DNA from: Gemmatimonadota bacterium
GTDB taxonomy: Bacteria > Gemmatimonadota > Gemmatimonadetes > Gemmatimonadales > GWC2-71-9
Assembly (NCBI GenBank): GCA_041485505.1
Contig: JBGPJS010000001.1
Coordinates: 1-33,822 of the forward strand
DNA length: 33,822 nucleotides
Direction: 5' to 3'
The first letter of the stretch is position 1; every line of letters begins with the position of its first letter. The position numbers were made by a program, and so were the translations under genes. Positions 18,830 to 26,778 of the stretch are shown piece by piece. The notes under the pieces were generated by a model. That model saw nothing but the letters and a program-made list of their open reading frames with translations, was not told the origin of the DNA and did not search any database.

Positions 18830-19623
18830 CAGGTACCCTCCTTGACGAGTTGCATTGGATCCAGACTCTGTCCGTCGCGCCGAATCTCGAAGTGCAGGTG
18901 CGGCGCGCTGGAGTGGCCGCTGTTGCCCGAAACCCCTATGACCTGACCAGCCCCGACCGATGCATTCGGCTCGACCGCGATTCGCGAGAGATGCCCGTAC
19001 ATCGTCTGGTATCCTTCCGGGTGCTGTAGCAGGACGAACGACCCATACTCCGGGTCCATCCCTGACTGGAGGACGTTGCCGCCACCGGAGGCTCGGACCA
19101 GCGTGCCCGACGGAACAGCAATGTCGATGCCGGGATGTGCTTCGTCCCGCGTACCGGTTCCCACCTGACCCCGGGTGAGGTAGCCTGGTTCGTCCAGCGG
19201 CCAGTGATGTGGTAGGGAGGGCCCGTCCTCGTATTTCGGCGACGCTCCGGGAGCCCGGGCATGGAGCGCCGGTGCGACGGGAAGAGTGGCGCCCAAGGCG
19301 AGAGGATCGGGTACCAGGTCGGCGCCGAGCATTTGGCGCACCTGGGAGTATCGGGATTCCGCGCTATCCAGCGCTGCCACAAGGTCACGGATGCGCGCAT
19401 TATCCGCTTCGAGCTGGGCCACCTCTCGGGTGAGACCGGGCACCCGCGCGACGGTCCTCAGGAGTGGAAGATAAAGCGCCGCTCCTAGGATGATCGCTGC
19501 CCCTACCAGGAGGGCCACCACCGTGGCCGCCCGGAATGCCCAGACGGGGATGCGATAGCGTCGCGATTGCAGCTCCCCGTCACGATGGATCATGACGGTG
19601 AAGGCGGGGCGGTCCGGACTCAT
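18829..19623 (-). CDS. Membrane-anchored M23 (LytM-domain) metalloendopeptidase, catalytic motifs intact
   Basis: 264-aa ORF. Short N-terminal tail, one TM helix and a coiled-coil-like segment, then HPGIDIAV (HxxxD) and SAPHLHFEIR (HxH). ATG overlaps the parB stop (ATGA 19620-19623). Confidence 0.85.
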   Translation of the reverse strand: MSPDRPAFTVMIHRDGELQSRRYRIPVWAFRAATVVALLVGAAIILGAALYLPLLRTVARVPGLTREVAQLEADNARIRDLVAALDSAESRYSQVRQMLGADLVPDPLALGATLPVAPALHARAPGASPKYEDGPSLPHHWPLDEPGYLTRGQVGTGTRDEAHPGIDIAVPSGTLVRASGGGNVLQSGMDPEYGSFVLLQHPEGYQTMYGHLSRIAVEPNASVGAGQVIGVSGNSGHSSAPHLHFEIRRDGQSLDPMQLVKEGT

Positions 19624-20495
19624 CCTTCGAACGGCTCGCCCAGAATTAGTTCAAGGAGCCGCGCCAAGTCGTCGTTGGAGTAGTAGTGGACGGTGAGGAA
19701 TCCACGACCCCGCCGACGTGGCGTCACCTTTACATCCGTCCCGAGTTTCTTCCTGAGAGTCTCCTCCACGCGCCGGTGCACTGGCGAGACGGTCTTGGCA
19801 GCAGTCGCTCGTCGGGCGCCGGGGGCGGGACGATTGCCTCGAATGCGGGTCTCGATCTGGCGCACCGACCAGCCCGCGGCGACCGCTTCGTGCGCGAGGG
19901 TGATCATCACGCGGTTGTCGATCAGCGCCAGCAGAGCGCGGGCATGGCCTTCCGACAAGCGACGATCATCCACCATCATGCGAACCTCGTCAGGAAGCCG
20001 CAGCAGCCGTAGCGCGTTGGCGACCGTCGATCGGTCCTTTCCGACCAGCCGGGCCACGTCCGCCTGGGAGGCTTGAAACTCACTCATCAGCCGCTGGTAG
20101 CTGACGGCGGCCTCGATGGGGGAAAGATCATCCCGCTGCAGGTTTTCGACGAGGGCGGAAGTGAGGAGGGTCCGATCGTCAGCATCCCTGACCACCGCCG
20201 GAATCTTGGGCCACCCCAGGCGCTGGACCGCCCGCCAGCGGCGCTCGCCGGCGATCAACTCGTAGCCTCCTTGGCAGGGGCGGACCACGACCGGCTGAAG
20301 AAGGCCAGACGATTCGATAGACGCCGCGAGCTCGCTCAATGCGGTCTCATCGAAGTGGACCCTCGGCTGGAACGGGTTCGGGCGAATGGAGCCGACTGGA
20401 AGCTCCTGGAGCGCCCCGGAACGCTCCGCTTGCTCTCGTGAGATGGGCCCCAGCAGTGCCTCGAGGCCGCGTCCCAGACGCTTAGTCTCGCTCAT
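19620..20495 (-). CDS. parB: Chromosome partitioning protein ParB (Spo0J)
   Basis: ATG at 20495 gives MSETKRLGRGLEALLG, the canonical ParB N-terminus. CTP-binding box LIAGERRWRA and an HTH region are present. The upstream part of the 369-aa ORF is an R/G-rich extension. Overlaps the parA stop (ATGA). Confidence 0.9.
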   Translation of the reverse strand: MSETKRLGRGLEALLGPISREQAERSGALQELPVGSIRPNPFQPRVHFDETALSELAASIESSGLLQPVVVRPCQGGYELIAGERRWRAVQRLGWPKIPAVVRDADDRTLLTSALVENLQRDDLSPIEAAVSYQRLMSEFQASQADVARLVGKDRSTVANALRLLRLPDEVRMMVDDRRLSEGHARALLALIDNRVMITLAHEAVAAGWSVRQIETRIRGNRPAPGARRATAAKTVSPVHRRVEETLRKKLGTDVKVTPRRRGRGFLTVHYYSNDDLARLLELILGEPFEG

Positions 20496-21307
20496 GCGTG
20501 AGCCTCGGGCGCGGTGGGCACGGCCTCCGCGACCGAGAGGGCTTCGGTCCGCCGCACCAACTCCTGCGCCACCGCCAGATAGCTTTTGGCGCCCACCGAC
20601 TGTACGTCGTACAATAGTATCGGCTTGCCGAAGCTTGGCGCCTCGGCCAGCCGGATGTTTCGCGGAATCACAACGGGAAACATCTTGGGGCCGAAATATT
20701 CTTTCGCGTCCGCAGCCACTTGGCGGCACAGATTGACGCGGGAATCGTACATGGTGAGCAACACACCATCAATCGCCAGCGGAGCATTGAAGTTCTGCTG
20801 TACCAACTTGATCGTGTTCAACAGCTGGGAAATTCCCTCGAGCGCGTAGTATTCACACTGAATCGGGATGAGTACGCCGTCGGCGGCGGTGAGAACATTC
20901 AGGGTGATGAGGCCGAGCGAGGGAGGACAGTCGATGAGGATGTATTCGTACGAGCCCTGCACCCCTTCGATGGCGCGCCGCATGGCACTCTCTCGCCCAG
21001 AGCGATTGACCAGCTCCAACTCGGCACCGACCAGGTCCTGCGTCGCTGGGACGATATCGAGATAGGGGAGGCTCGGGTCGCCCAGAATGACGTCGCTCAT
21101 CCGTCGACCGTCAATGAGAGCATCATAAAGCGAGAAGCGCACCTTCTCGCGAGCGACGCCGACCCCGCTGGTGGCATTTCCTTGGGGGTCCGCATCGATG
21201 AGCAGGGTTTTCTTTTCGGCGATAGCGAGAGAGGCGGCGAGATTTACGGCCGTCGTGGTCTTACCGACGCCACCCTTCTGATTCGCGATTGCGATAACCC
21301 GAGGCAT
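20492..21307 (-). CDS. parA: Chromosome partitioning ATPase ParA (Soj)
   Basis: 271-aa ORF. Deviant Walker A IANQKGGVGKTTTAVNLA; ILIDCPPSLG; typical ParA/Soj length. Confidence 0.95.
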   Translation of the reverse strand: MPRVIAIANQKGGVGKTTTAVNLAASLAIAEKKTLLIDADPQGNATSGVGVAREKVRFSLYDALIDGRRMSDVILGDPSLPYLDIVPATQDLVGAELELVNRSGRESAMRRAIEGVQGSYEYILIDCPPSLGLITLNVLTAADGVLIPIQCEYYALEGISQLLNTIKLVQQNFNAPLAIDGVLLTMYDSRVNLCRQVAADAKEYFGPKMFPVVIPRNIRLAEAPSFGKPILLYDVQSVGAKSYLAVAQELVRRTEALSVAEAVPTAPEAHA

Positions 21308-21359
21308 TTACTTGCTAACCATTTACATGGTAAGTACTTAGACTACATTTTGACAGCAG

Positions 21360-21407
21360 GTATCCGTTCAGGACATTCGGCAACCCCAATATATATCGTT
21401 CGGATAC
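21360..21407. repeat. 7-bp inverted repeat GTATCCG / CGGATAC flanking an AATATATAT run (possible operator in the parA promoter region)
   Basis: Read directly: GTATCCG at 21360-21366 and CGGATAC at 21401-21407, in the AT-rich spacer upstream of parA. Function is not established. Confidence 0.35.
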
Positions 21408-21435
21408 GCCCGCAAATGACCGGAGGGATTAGTGA

Positions 21436-21451
21436 TGTTTCACGTGAAACA
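21436..21451. promoter_or_regulatory. parS: parS centromere-like site (perfect consensus)
   Basis: TGTTTCACGTGAAACA is identical to the canonical 16-bp ParB-binding palindrome. It lies 129 bp upstream of the parA start. Confidence 0.9.
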
Positions 21452-21578
21452 GAACTGCGGGGATGAGAGAAGGGACCAAGGGATCGCCATGACAGGGCCG
21501 TAAAACAACCGAGAACGGTCCTTGACCTTGGTTATGTGCGATCGCGAAAGTTCTTAGGACGTGAACGCTGGTTCCAAT

Positions 21579-21594
21579 CGTTTCACGTGAAACA
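21579..21594. promoter_or_regulatory. parS: parS centromere-like site (one flank mismatch)
   Basis: CGTTTCACGTGAAACA: 15 of 16 positions match consensus and the 14-bp core palindrome is intact. Lies 4 nt downstream of the mnmG stop. Confidence 0.8.
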
Positions 21595-21598
21595 GGCG

Positions 21599-23455
21599 CT
21601 AACACAGCCTCTGTCGCGCCGCCTCGAATAAGAGTGCTTGGAGATCGCTAGGTGAGACGCCCGGAATCCGGCCGGCTTGGCCAATCGTCGCCGGTCGCAG
21701 TCGAGTCAGCTTTTCTCGAGCCTCGAAGGAAATGCTCTGGATTGAGCCGTATACCAAATCGGCCGGCAACGAGAACTGTTCCATGCCAGCAAGTCGTTCT
21801 GCCGAAGCGCGTTCTCGGGCGAGATACCCTTCGTACTTTAGTTCGATCTCCGCCCAGGTAGCCGACTCGGGGTCGGACTCCAGACCTGAAACCGCAAGCA
21901 GTTCTGAGAGAGACACTCCGGGACGTCGGACCAGTTCGGCCATTCTCAGCGAGAGCTGGATTGGGGTTTCGCCCGCCCGATCCAGCAGCGGGTTGGCCTG
22001 CTCGGAGGTTACAGGACTCACCCTGGCCAAGTCGAGAACCGCATCCTGGGCACGTAGTTGGGCATGGGCATTCCCCAACTCCTGCTCTCCTAGGAGTCCC
22101 AATCGCTCGGCGCTAGGCAGCAACCGGCGGAGGGCGTTGTCCTGCCTAAGAAGAAGCCGATATTCGGCCCGAGAGGTGAAGAGACGGTAGGGCTCGTCCA
22201 CACCGCGACAGACCAGGTCATCCAGGAGGACCCCGATGAACGCGTCGCCCCGACCAAGGACTAGAGGATCACGCTCCAGCGCTCGAGCCGCGGCGTTGAT
22301 TCCAGCGATGACACCCTGCCCAGCTGCCTCCTCGTACCCCGTGGTGCCATTGATTTGCCCGGCGAAAAAAACGCCTGGGAGCTGCCGAACTTCCAGCGTG
22401 TTGTGGAGCTGGGTAGGAGGGAAATAGTCGTACTCGATCGCGTACCCAGGCCGAGTCATTAGGACCTGCCCGAGCCCAGGAACGGCCTTCAGAAACTCGA
22501 GTTGCACGTCTGGCGGGAGCGAAGTCGAGAGCCCATTCACGTACATCTCGCTCGTCTCCAGACCCTCCGGCTCCAGGAAGACCTGATGCCGAGGTGCATC
22601 CGGGAACTTGACGATCTTGTCCTCGACAGATGGGCAGTAGCGTGGACCCCTACTACTGATCGCGCCGCCGTACAGTGCCGATTCCCCAATGTGCTTCTGG
22701 ATAATCTCTATCGCCTTCTCGCCCGCGAATGTCAGGTAACACGGCCGCTGATCGAGCCTCGCGGCCCTTTCGAAAAAAGAGAACCAGAAGGGACCGGGAT
22801 CTCCTTCCTGGCGCTCCAGGCAGGAGAGATCAACGCTTCGTCCGTCGATTCTTGGTGGAGTTCCGGTCTTAAATCGTTCTACTATAAGTCCATATTCTAC
22901 AAACACTTGAGATATATCATTCGCTGGGGAATCACCGGCCCTTCCAGCGGGAATCTGCCGGTCGGTCCCCATGTGGATCCTCCCACGGAGGAAGGTCCCC
23001 GCCGTGAGCACCACCGCCAAGCCGACGAAACACCGACCTTCAAGGGTCGTAACCTGGCGCTCGTTCGTACCATCAACCGTTAGACCTGCTACCGTCCCTT
23101 GCGCAAACTCCAGATTATGCTGGCGCTCGAGGAGGCCACGCACCGCGCGCCGATAAAGTCCGCGGTCGCATTGCGCTCTGGGCGACCACACCGCCGGTCC
23201 CTTGGAACGATTGAGCATCCGGAACTGAATCATCGCGAGATCCGTCGCCCGGCCCATTATTCCGCCGAGCGCATCGACCTCGCGGACCACGGTCCCCTTG
23301 GCAATCCCGCCGATGGCGGGATTGCAGGACATTTGCCCGATCGTCTCCAGGTTCTGGGTCAGGAGGAGGGTTCGCGCCCCCATTCGGGCGGCGGCGGATG
23401 CGGCTTCGGCACCGGCGTGGCCACCGCCGATGACTATGACATCGTAGCGATCCAT
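21599..23455 (-). CDS. mnmG: tRNA uridine-5-carboxymethylaminomethyl modification enzyme MnmG (GidA)
   Basis: ATG at 23455 gives MDRYDVIVIGGGHAGAEAASAAARMGA (FAD fold). Also KTGTPPRIDGRS, QINGTTGYEEAAGQG and the C-terminal GIPGVSPSDL. The ORF-track start 23566 is an extension. Confidence 0.95.
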   Translation of the reverse strand: MDRYDVIVIGGGHAGAEAASAAARMGARTLLLTQNLETIGQMSCNPAIGGIAKGTVVREVDALGGIMGRATDLAMIQFRMLNRSKGPAVWSPRAQCDRGLYRRAVRGLLERQHNLEFAQGTVAGLTVDGTNERQVTTLEGRCFVGLAVVLTAGTFLRGRIHMGTDRQIPAGRAGDSPANDISQVFVEYGLIVERFKTGTPPRIDGRSVDLSCLERQEGDPGPFWFSFFERAARLDQRPCYLTFAGEKAIEIIQKHIGESALYGGAISSRGPRYCPSVEDKIVKFPDAPRHQVFLEPEGLETSEMYVNGLSTSLPPDVQLEFLKAVPGLGQVLMTRPGYAIEYDYFPPTQLHNTLEVRQLPGVFFAGQINGTTGYEEAAGQGVIAGINAAARALERDPLVLGRGDAFIGVLLDDLVCRGVDEPYRLFTSRAEYRLLLRQDNALRRLLPSAERLGLLGEQELGNAHAQLRAQDAVLDLARVSPVTSEQANPLLDRAGETPIQLSLRMAELVRRPGVSLSELLAVSGLESDPESATWAEIELKYEGYLARERASAERLAGMEQFSLPADLVYGSIQSISFEAREKLTRLRPATIGQAGRIPGVSPSDLQALLFEAARQRLC

Positions 23456-23583
23456 GGGAGCCAATCTACCTGAGTGAGCAGTAAGCGGGGCTTCCACGAA
23501 TGCAGCACCCCCCGAAGGTGCTCGGAGGGTTGGCTCGGTGTGGACGCTGGGAGAGGGGCAGCTCACTGCTTACCGCGCACAGC

Positions 23584-24897
23584 TTACGCGGTCCGAACCC
23601 ACCTTGCCAGCTCGCGCAGGCTGGGCTTCTTGCCGTAGGCCAGGATCCCAACCCGATAGATCCTGGAAGCCAGCCAGACCACGGCCAGCATGCCGGTTGT
23701 GGTCGCGGCGACGGAGAGCAGGACCTCACCCAATGGCAGTGGGGAGATCGAGTACCGGATTGGTGTCGCAAACGGGGCGGTGAAGGGGACGAGACTCAGG
23801 ATCCGCCCGAGGGTCCCGTTGGGCTCGTTGAGCAGCGGAAACATGGTCATGAAGCCGACCACAATACCCATTGTCACCGGTGTGTTGGCCTGTTGGGTGT
23901 CCTGCTGGCTGTTGCACATGGCACCAACCGCGGCGTACAGCGAGGCGTATAGAAAGAAACCGAGCCCAAAGAACAGCAGGAACACAACAGCGAGTCCGGG
24001 GCCGATTGACGGGACCGGAATATCGGCGGCGGCCTCTGGTGAGGCGTGCATCATGCCGAGGACCGAACCGAGATTCGTGGTGATGAGGAACGCCGATCCG
24101 ACCCAGATGGCCAGCTGGAAGAGACCAACAGAGCCGACCCCGATCACCTTGCCGAGCATCAGTTCAAAAGGGGTCAGGGACGAAGCCAGGACCTCGATGA
24201 TCCGGCTGGTCTTTTCTTCCAGTACTGAGCCCATGACTTGGATTCCGTACATGAGCAGCGCGATGTAGAGAATGAAGCCCATGATGTAGGCGACAAGGAA
24301 GGATGTGGTACCGCTCTCCCCGGTCTCTCGTCCCTCGGTGACCTTCTGCTTGTCCAGCTTCACCCGGCCGCTTACGCGTTCCACGATCTTCGGGTCGACG
24401 TTCTCGCGAACCAGCCGCGCGGTTAGCAAGACCGGCTGGAGCACGTCCTCCAGCGATTCCATCTCGGCCGGGCTCGCGACGTTGGACCCGAGATACTGAA
24501 TCGCGCCGGTAGTGAGAGAGGTATCGCTCAGGACGAGAATCCCGTCCAAGTGCCCGACCGAATCGCCCCTGAGGCCGACCAGCCTCACCAGCGAGTCTTT
24601 TACCTCCTGCAGCCGTCCGTCGGCCGGGATTCGCGCCACAATATATTTCGGATGGGCCTCTGCTCCCTTCCCCAGCTGTGCCTCCCGCATTGCCGCTTCG
24701 ACCCGTTGACCGAGCGGCCCGCCCCCGCCGTCGACGATGACCACGTTGTTGGTCCGGGTCTGACGGCTCATCACCGTGGCCTGGAAATAGATCATCCCAC
24801 CCCAGAGGGTGGGAAACAGAACGGTGCTGATGACGAACGCCCGGGTTCGGACCCGCTCGACGAATTCCCGGCGGATGATGGCCTGGAGCTTACGCAT
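23584..24897 (-). CDS. ABC-2 type transporter permease (NatB-like)
   Basis: ATG at 24897 (MRKLQAIIRREFVERVRTRAF). One N-terminal TM helix, a large extracytoplasmic domain, then a C-terminal cluster of TM helices. Overlaps the ATPase stop by 8 nt (ATGCGTAA). Confidence 0.8.
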   Translation of the reverse strand: MRKLQAIIRREFVERVRTRAFVISTVLFPTLWGGMIYFQATVMSRQTRTNNVVIVDGGGGPLGQRVEAAMREAQLGKGAEAHPKYIVARIPADGRLQEVKDSLVRLVGLRGDSVGHLDGILVLSDTSLTTGAIQYLGSNVASPAEMESLEDVLQPVLLTARLVRENVDPKIVERVSGRVKLDKQKVTEGRETGESGTTSFLVAYIMGFILYIALLMYGIQVMGSVLEEKTSRIIEVLASSLTPFELMLGKVIGVGSVGLFQLAIWVGSAFLITTNLGSVLGMMHASPEAAADIPVPSIGPGLAVVFLLFFGLGFFLYASLYAAVGAMCNSQQDTQQANTPVTMGIVVGFMTMFPLLNEPNGTLGRILSLVPFTAPFATPIRYSISPLPLGEVLLSVAATTTGMLAVVWLASRIYRVGILAYGKKPSLRELARWVRTA

Positions 24898-25846
24898 GCA
24901 CTTCCTCCCGGGCTGCCGGCCTGGCGGCTTCGGCGCCAACCTTGGCGATGAAAATGGACTCAAGAGAGGGCTCCACGATCTCGAACCGGCTGATGCCGAC
25001 ATCGGCGGAGACCAAGGCTCGGAGTAAGGCCTCACCATCGGAACCCGGGGCCAGCTCGACCTCGGCGCTCGCGCCCCGGTCGTCCACTCGCGCGACCAAG
25101 GACCGATCCGCCAGGACCCGACCGGCGTTGGCAGCGTTCCGGGTGAACGCGAGTGCCACGTGTCGGGCCCCGGCCTGCTGCTTCACTTCGGCCAGAGAGC
25201 CATCAACCACCTTCTCCCCCCGGGCGATGATCACCACCCGGTCGCACATTTTCTCGGCATGTTCCATGATGTGGGTGGAGAAGAGGATGGTTCGGCGACT
25301 TCGTGCTATTTCCACGACCACGTCTTTCATAACCTGACTGTTGACCGGATCCAACCCGCTGAAGGGCTCGTCCAGGATGAGAAGATCCGGCTCGTGAATC
25401 AGGGCACCGATGAACTGCACTTTCTGCTGCATCCCCTTGGACAAGTCCTCGACCTTTCGGGGAGACCAGTCCCCCAAGCCAAGCCGTTCGATCCATGCTT
25501 TGCCGCTGCGGCGTGCCGACACCCGGCTCAGCCCCTTCGCCTCGCCCAGGAATATCAGATGGTCAAGAACCTTCATCTTCTTGTAGAGGCCTCGCTCCTC
25601 CGGCAAGTAGCCGACCCGGGCCGACAGGTCCCGTCCGGTACCAGAACCACCAAAGAGGGTAACCCGGCCTTCGTCGGGGGTGATGATGTTCATCATCATC
25701 CGGATAGTGGTGGTCTTCCCGGCGCCATTGGGTCCGAGCAAACCAAAGATCCCACCGGAAGGCACCTGGAGGGACAAATCGTGTACGGCGACGTGACCCG
25801 CGAAGCGTTTGGTCACGTGGTCGATCCTTACGACGACATCGCCCAT
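24890..25846 (-). CDS. ABC transporter ATP-binding protein (NatA-like, with C-terminal accessory domain)
   Basis: 318-aa ORF. Walker A GPNGAGKTTT, signature LSKGMQQKV, Walker B LLILDEPFSGLD. Confidence 0.9.
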   Translation of the reverse strand: MGDVVVRIDHVTKRFAGHVAVHDLSLQVPSGGIFGLLGPNGAGKTTTIRMMMNIITPDEGRVTLFGGSGTGRDLSARVGYLPEERGLYKKMKVLDHLIFLGEAKGLSRVSARRSGKAWIERLGLGDWSPRKVEDLSKGMQQKVQFIGALIHEPDLLILDEPFSGLDPVNSQVMKDVVVEIARSRRTILFSTHIMEHAEKMCDRVVIIARGEKVVDGSLAEVKQQAGARHVALAFTRNAANAGRVLADRSLVARVDDRGASAEVELAPGSDGEALLRALVSADVGISRFEIVEPSLESIFIAKVGAEAARPAAREEVHA

Positions 25847-26004
25847 GCGTGCCCCGTCGTTCGAGAGACGTGGTGAATCAGATGCAACGGGTCCATCAGG
25901 ATCGCCATGTACGGTAACTACCTACTCCCGGTTTCGAAACGCAACGCCCCCGGCGCTTGACGCACGCCGAGGGACGGTTTCCCTTGCCCTGAGTGCAGGA
26001 CCGG

Positions 26005-26286
26005 CTAGGGATGAAGTTCGGCCAGCCGGGTAATGGTGGCGACGTCCTGGCTGGGAACCAGTAGGTGTTTGTGCTCGGCACGAATTCCGAACCGGGCGCT
26101 ACGCTGGAGGTAGTCGGCCTTGGATCCGCCGGTGGCAGAGTCGAAGACCCCTACATCGTTCAGGTGCACGCCAGCGTCATCCTGGGAATCGAACCGCCCA
26201 ACGTAGACCCGGGTGCCAACGGTCTCCACGATCACGGTGATCCCATGGAGCTCGTGGTGGCCAGGATGAAAGACGTGACCCGTCAT
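26005..26286 (-). CDS. Hypothetical protein, 93 aa, His-rich N-terminus
   Basis: ATG 26286 (MTGHVFHPGHHELHGITVIVETVGTRVYVGRFD...), 13 nt downstream of the bacilliredoxin stop on the same strand. No family recognised. Codons are GC3-rich like the neighbours. Confidence 0.5.
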   Translation of the reverse strand: MTGHVFHPGHHELHGITVIVETVGTRVYVGRFDSQDDAGVHLNDVGVFDSATGGSKADYLQRSARFGIRAEHKHLLVPSQDVATITRLAELHP

Positions 26287-26299
26287 GACCCGGGTTCCC

Positions 26300-26728
26300 T
26301 CAGACCGTTGCGCCACAGAACCGCTCAAATGCAGCGGTCAGGTCCGAGGCTATCGCCTGGGGGCTCCGGCCCTCGATCTGGTGGCGGTGGACGAAATGCA
26401 CCACCTCGCCATCACGAAGTAGGGCCATAGATGGAGAGCTGGGTTGGTAGTCGCTGAAGTACTGTCGGGCCCGCGCGGCAGCTTCGACGTCCTGCCCGGC
26501 AAACACCGTCACCACCTGGGTTGGCACGACGGAATGCTTCAGGGCCAAGGTCAGTGCCGGCCGGGCATTCCCCGCCGCACAACCGCAGACCGAGTTGACG
26601 AAGACCAGCATGGTCCCCTTGGGGTCGCCCAAGGCGGCGTCCACCTCGGGCACGGTAGTCAACTCCTTGGCGCCGATTCGAGTCATTTCCTCGCGCATGG
26701 GCTGAATCAGACGTGGATCGTAGGGCAT
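26300..26728 (-). CDS. BrxA/BrxB-type bacilliredoxin (YphP/YqiW, DUF1094 family)
   Basis: ATG 26728 gives MPYDPRLIQPMREEMT..., with the redox motif VNSVCGCAAGNARP (CGC) and family-typical length (142 aa). The ORF-track start 26857 is an extension. Confidence 0.85.
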   Translation of the reverse strand: MPYDPRLIQPMREEMTRIGAKELTTVPEVDAALGDPKGTMLVFVNSVCGCAAGNARPALTLALKHSVVPTQVVTVFAGQDVEAAARARQYFSDYQPSSPSMALLRDGEVVHFVHRHQIEGRSPQAIASDLTAAFERFCGATV

Positions 26729-26778
26729 GGCGAATCCTTCAACAGAACGTGAACGGTGAACCCGCAACAGGTCTCTAT

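Noticed and set aside
23504-23522. Hairpin AGCACC-CCCCGAA-GGTGCT between the natB stop and the mnmG start
   Set aside because: It is a 6-bp stem without a following U-tract on the transcribed (minus) strand, so it is not convincing as an intrinsic terminator. I found no clear intrinsic terminators anywhere in the window.
25931-25940. Perfect 10-bp palindrome GTTTCGAAAC, resembling the parS arms with the central CACGTG reduced
   Set aside because: About 30 perfect 10-bp palindromes are expected by chance in 33.8 kb. It lacks the central CACGTG core needed for ParB binding. It may just be part of the natA promoter region.
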